This document shows positions 25,868 to 25,914 of a DNA stretch of 25,914 nt, piece by piece (the first letter of the stretch is position 1; every line of letters begins with the position of its first letter). The notes under the pieces are model-generated. The model had not been told where the DNA came from. It made no database searches and saw nothing but the letters and a program-made list of their open reading frames with translations. The translations under genes were made by a program, and so were the position numbers. The DNA comes from a virus (taxonomy: Duplodnaviria; Caudoviricetes): the IMG/VR virus record IMGVR_UViG_3300029787_004006, positions 1 to 25,914 of that record; one strand, written 5' to 3'.

Positions 25868-25914
25868 GCCTTATGAAAATTTTAATGCTTGGTATATGGA
25901 TGATTTTATGCCAT
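25857..25914 (+). CDS. 5' end of the next gene (MLIKPYENFNAWYMDDFMP...), truncated by the window edge
   Basis: ATG 25857 after AAGGA, 11-nt overlap with the previous stop, and open to the end of the window. Confidence 0.6.
   Translation, partial: MLIKPYENFNAWYMDDFMP

Larger units (their letters stand above)
1..25914 (+). mobile_element. Segment of a probable large dsDNA bacteriophage genome (replication module plus glycan biosynthesis cluster)
   Basis: Clustered helicase, primase, T4-gp1-like dNMP kinase, Cas4-like nuclease, DnaE, exonuclease and SSB, all divergent and compact. Genes are unidirectional with no intergenic DNA. This gene order is not typical of bacterial chromosomes. No capsid, terminase or integrase gene is in the window, so the call is an inference. 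Confidence 0.75.

Noticed and set aside
1-25914. Alternative genetic code (stop-codon recoding)
   Set aside because: The standard code yields full-length genes tiling the whole window. TAA, TGA and TAG are all used as stops at coupled junctions.
1-25914. tRNA/rRNA genes, terminators, promoters, tandem repeats, replication origin
   Set aside because: There is no non-coding space, and no convincing hairpin-plus-U-tract or repeat array was seen by eye. Intragenic signals cannot be excluded.

Overview
AT-rich, gene-dense segment that most likely comes from a large dsDNA bacteriophage or virus-like contig. No virion genes are in the window, so this is inferred from gene content and packing. All 33 credible ORFs are on the + strand and overlap or abut (largest gap 4 nt), forming one apparently translationally coupled unit. 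Bases ~1-8487 are a replication module: DnaB helicase C-terminus, DnaG primase, dNMP kinase, Cas4/AddB-like PD-(D/E)xK nuclease, an inserted exostosin (GT47)-like glycosyltransferase, a DnaE polymerase split without an intein into two genes that flank a 72-aa ORF and a DEDDh exonuclease, and a tail-less SSB. Bases ~8492-25914 are a ~17 kb glycan cluster: GT4, GT2, GT-A and CgeB-like glycosyltransferases (several degenerate), methyltransferases, a LicC-like nucleotidyltransferase, GDP-fucose synthase, a NAL/DapA-family aldolase + KdsA + NeuA-type ulosonic-acid module, a PhyH-like dioxygenase, an NDP-sugar C-methyltransferase and RmlC/FdtA cupins. The most notable points are the intein-free split DnaE with its exonuclease at the break, the seamless coupling of replisome and glycan genes, a block of apparent pseudo-enzymes, and strong CCWGG avoidance seen by manual scan. 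All functional calls come from motif recognition only; no database search was run.
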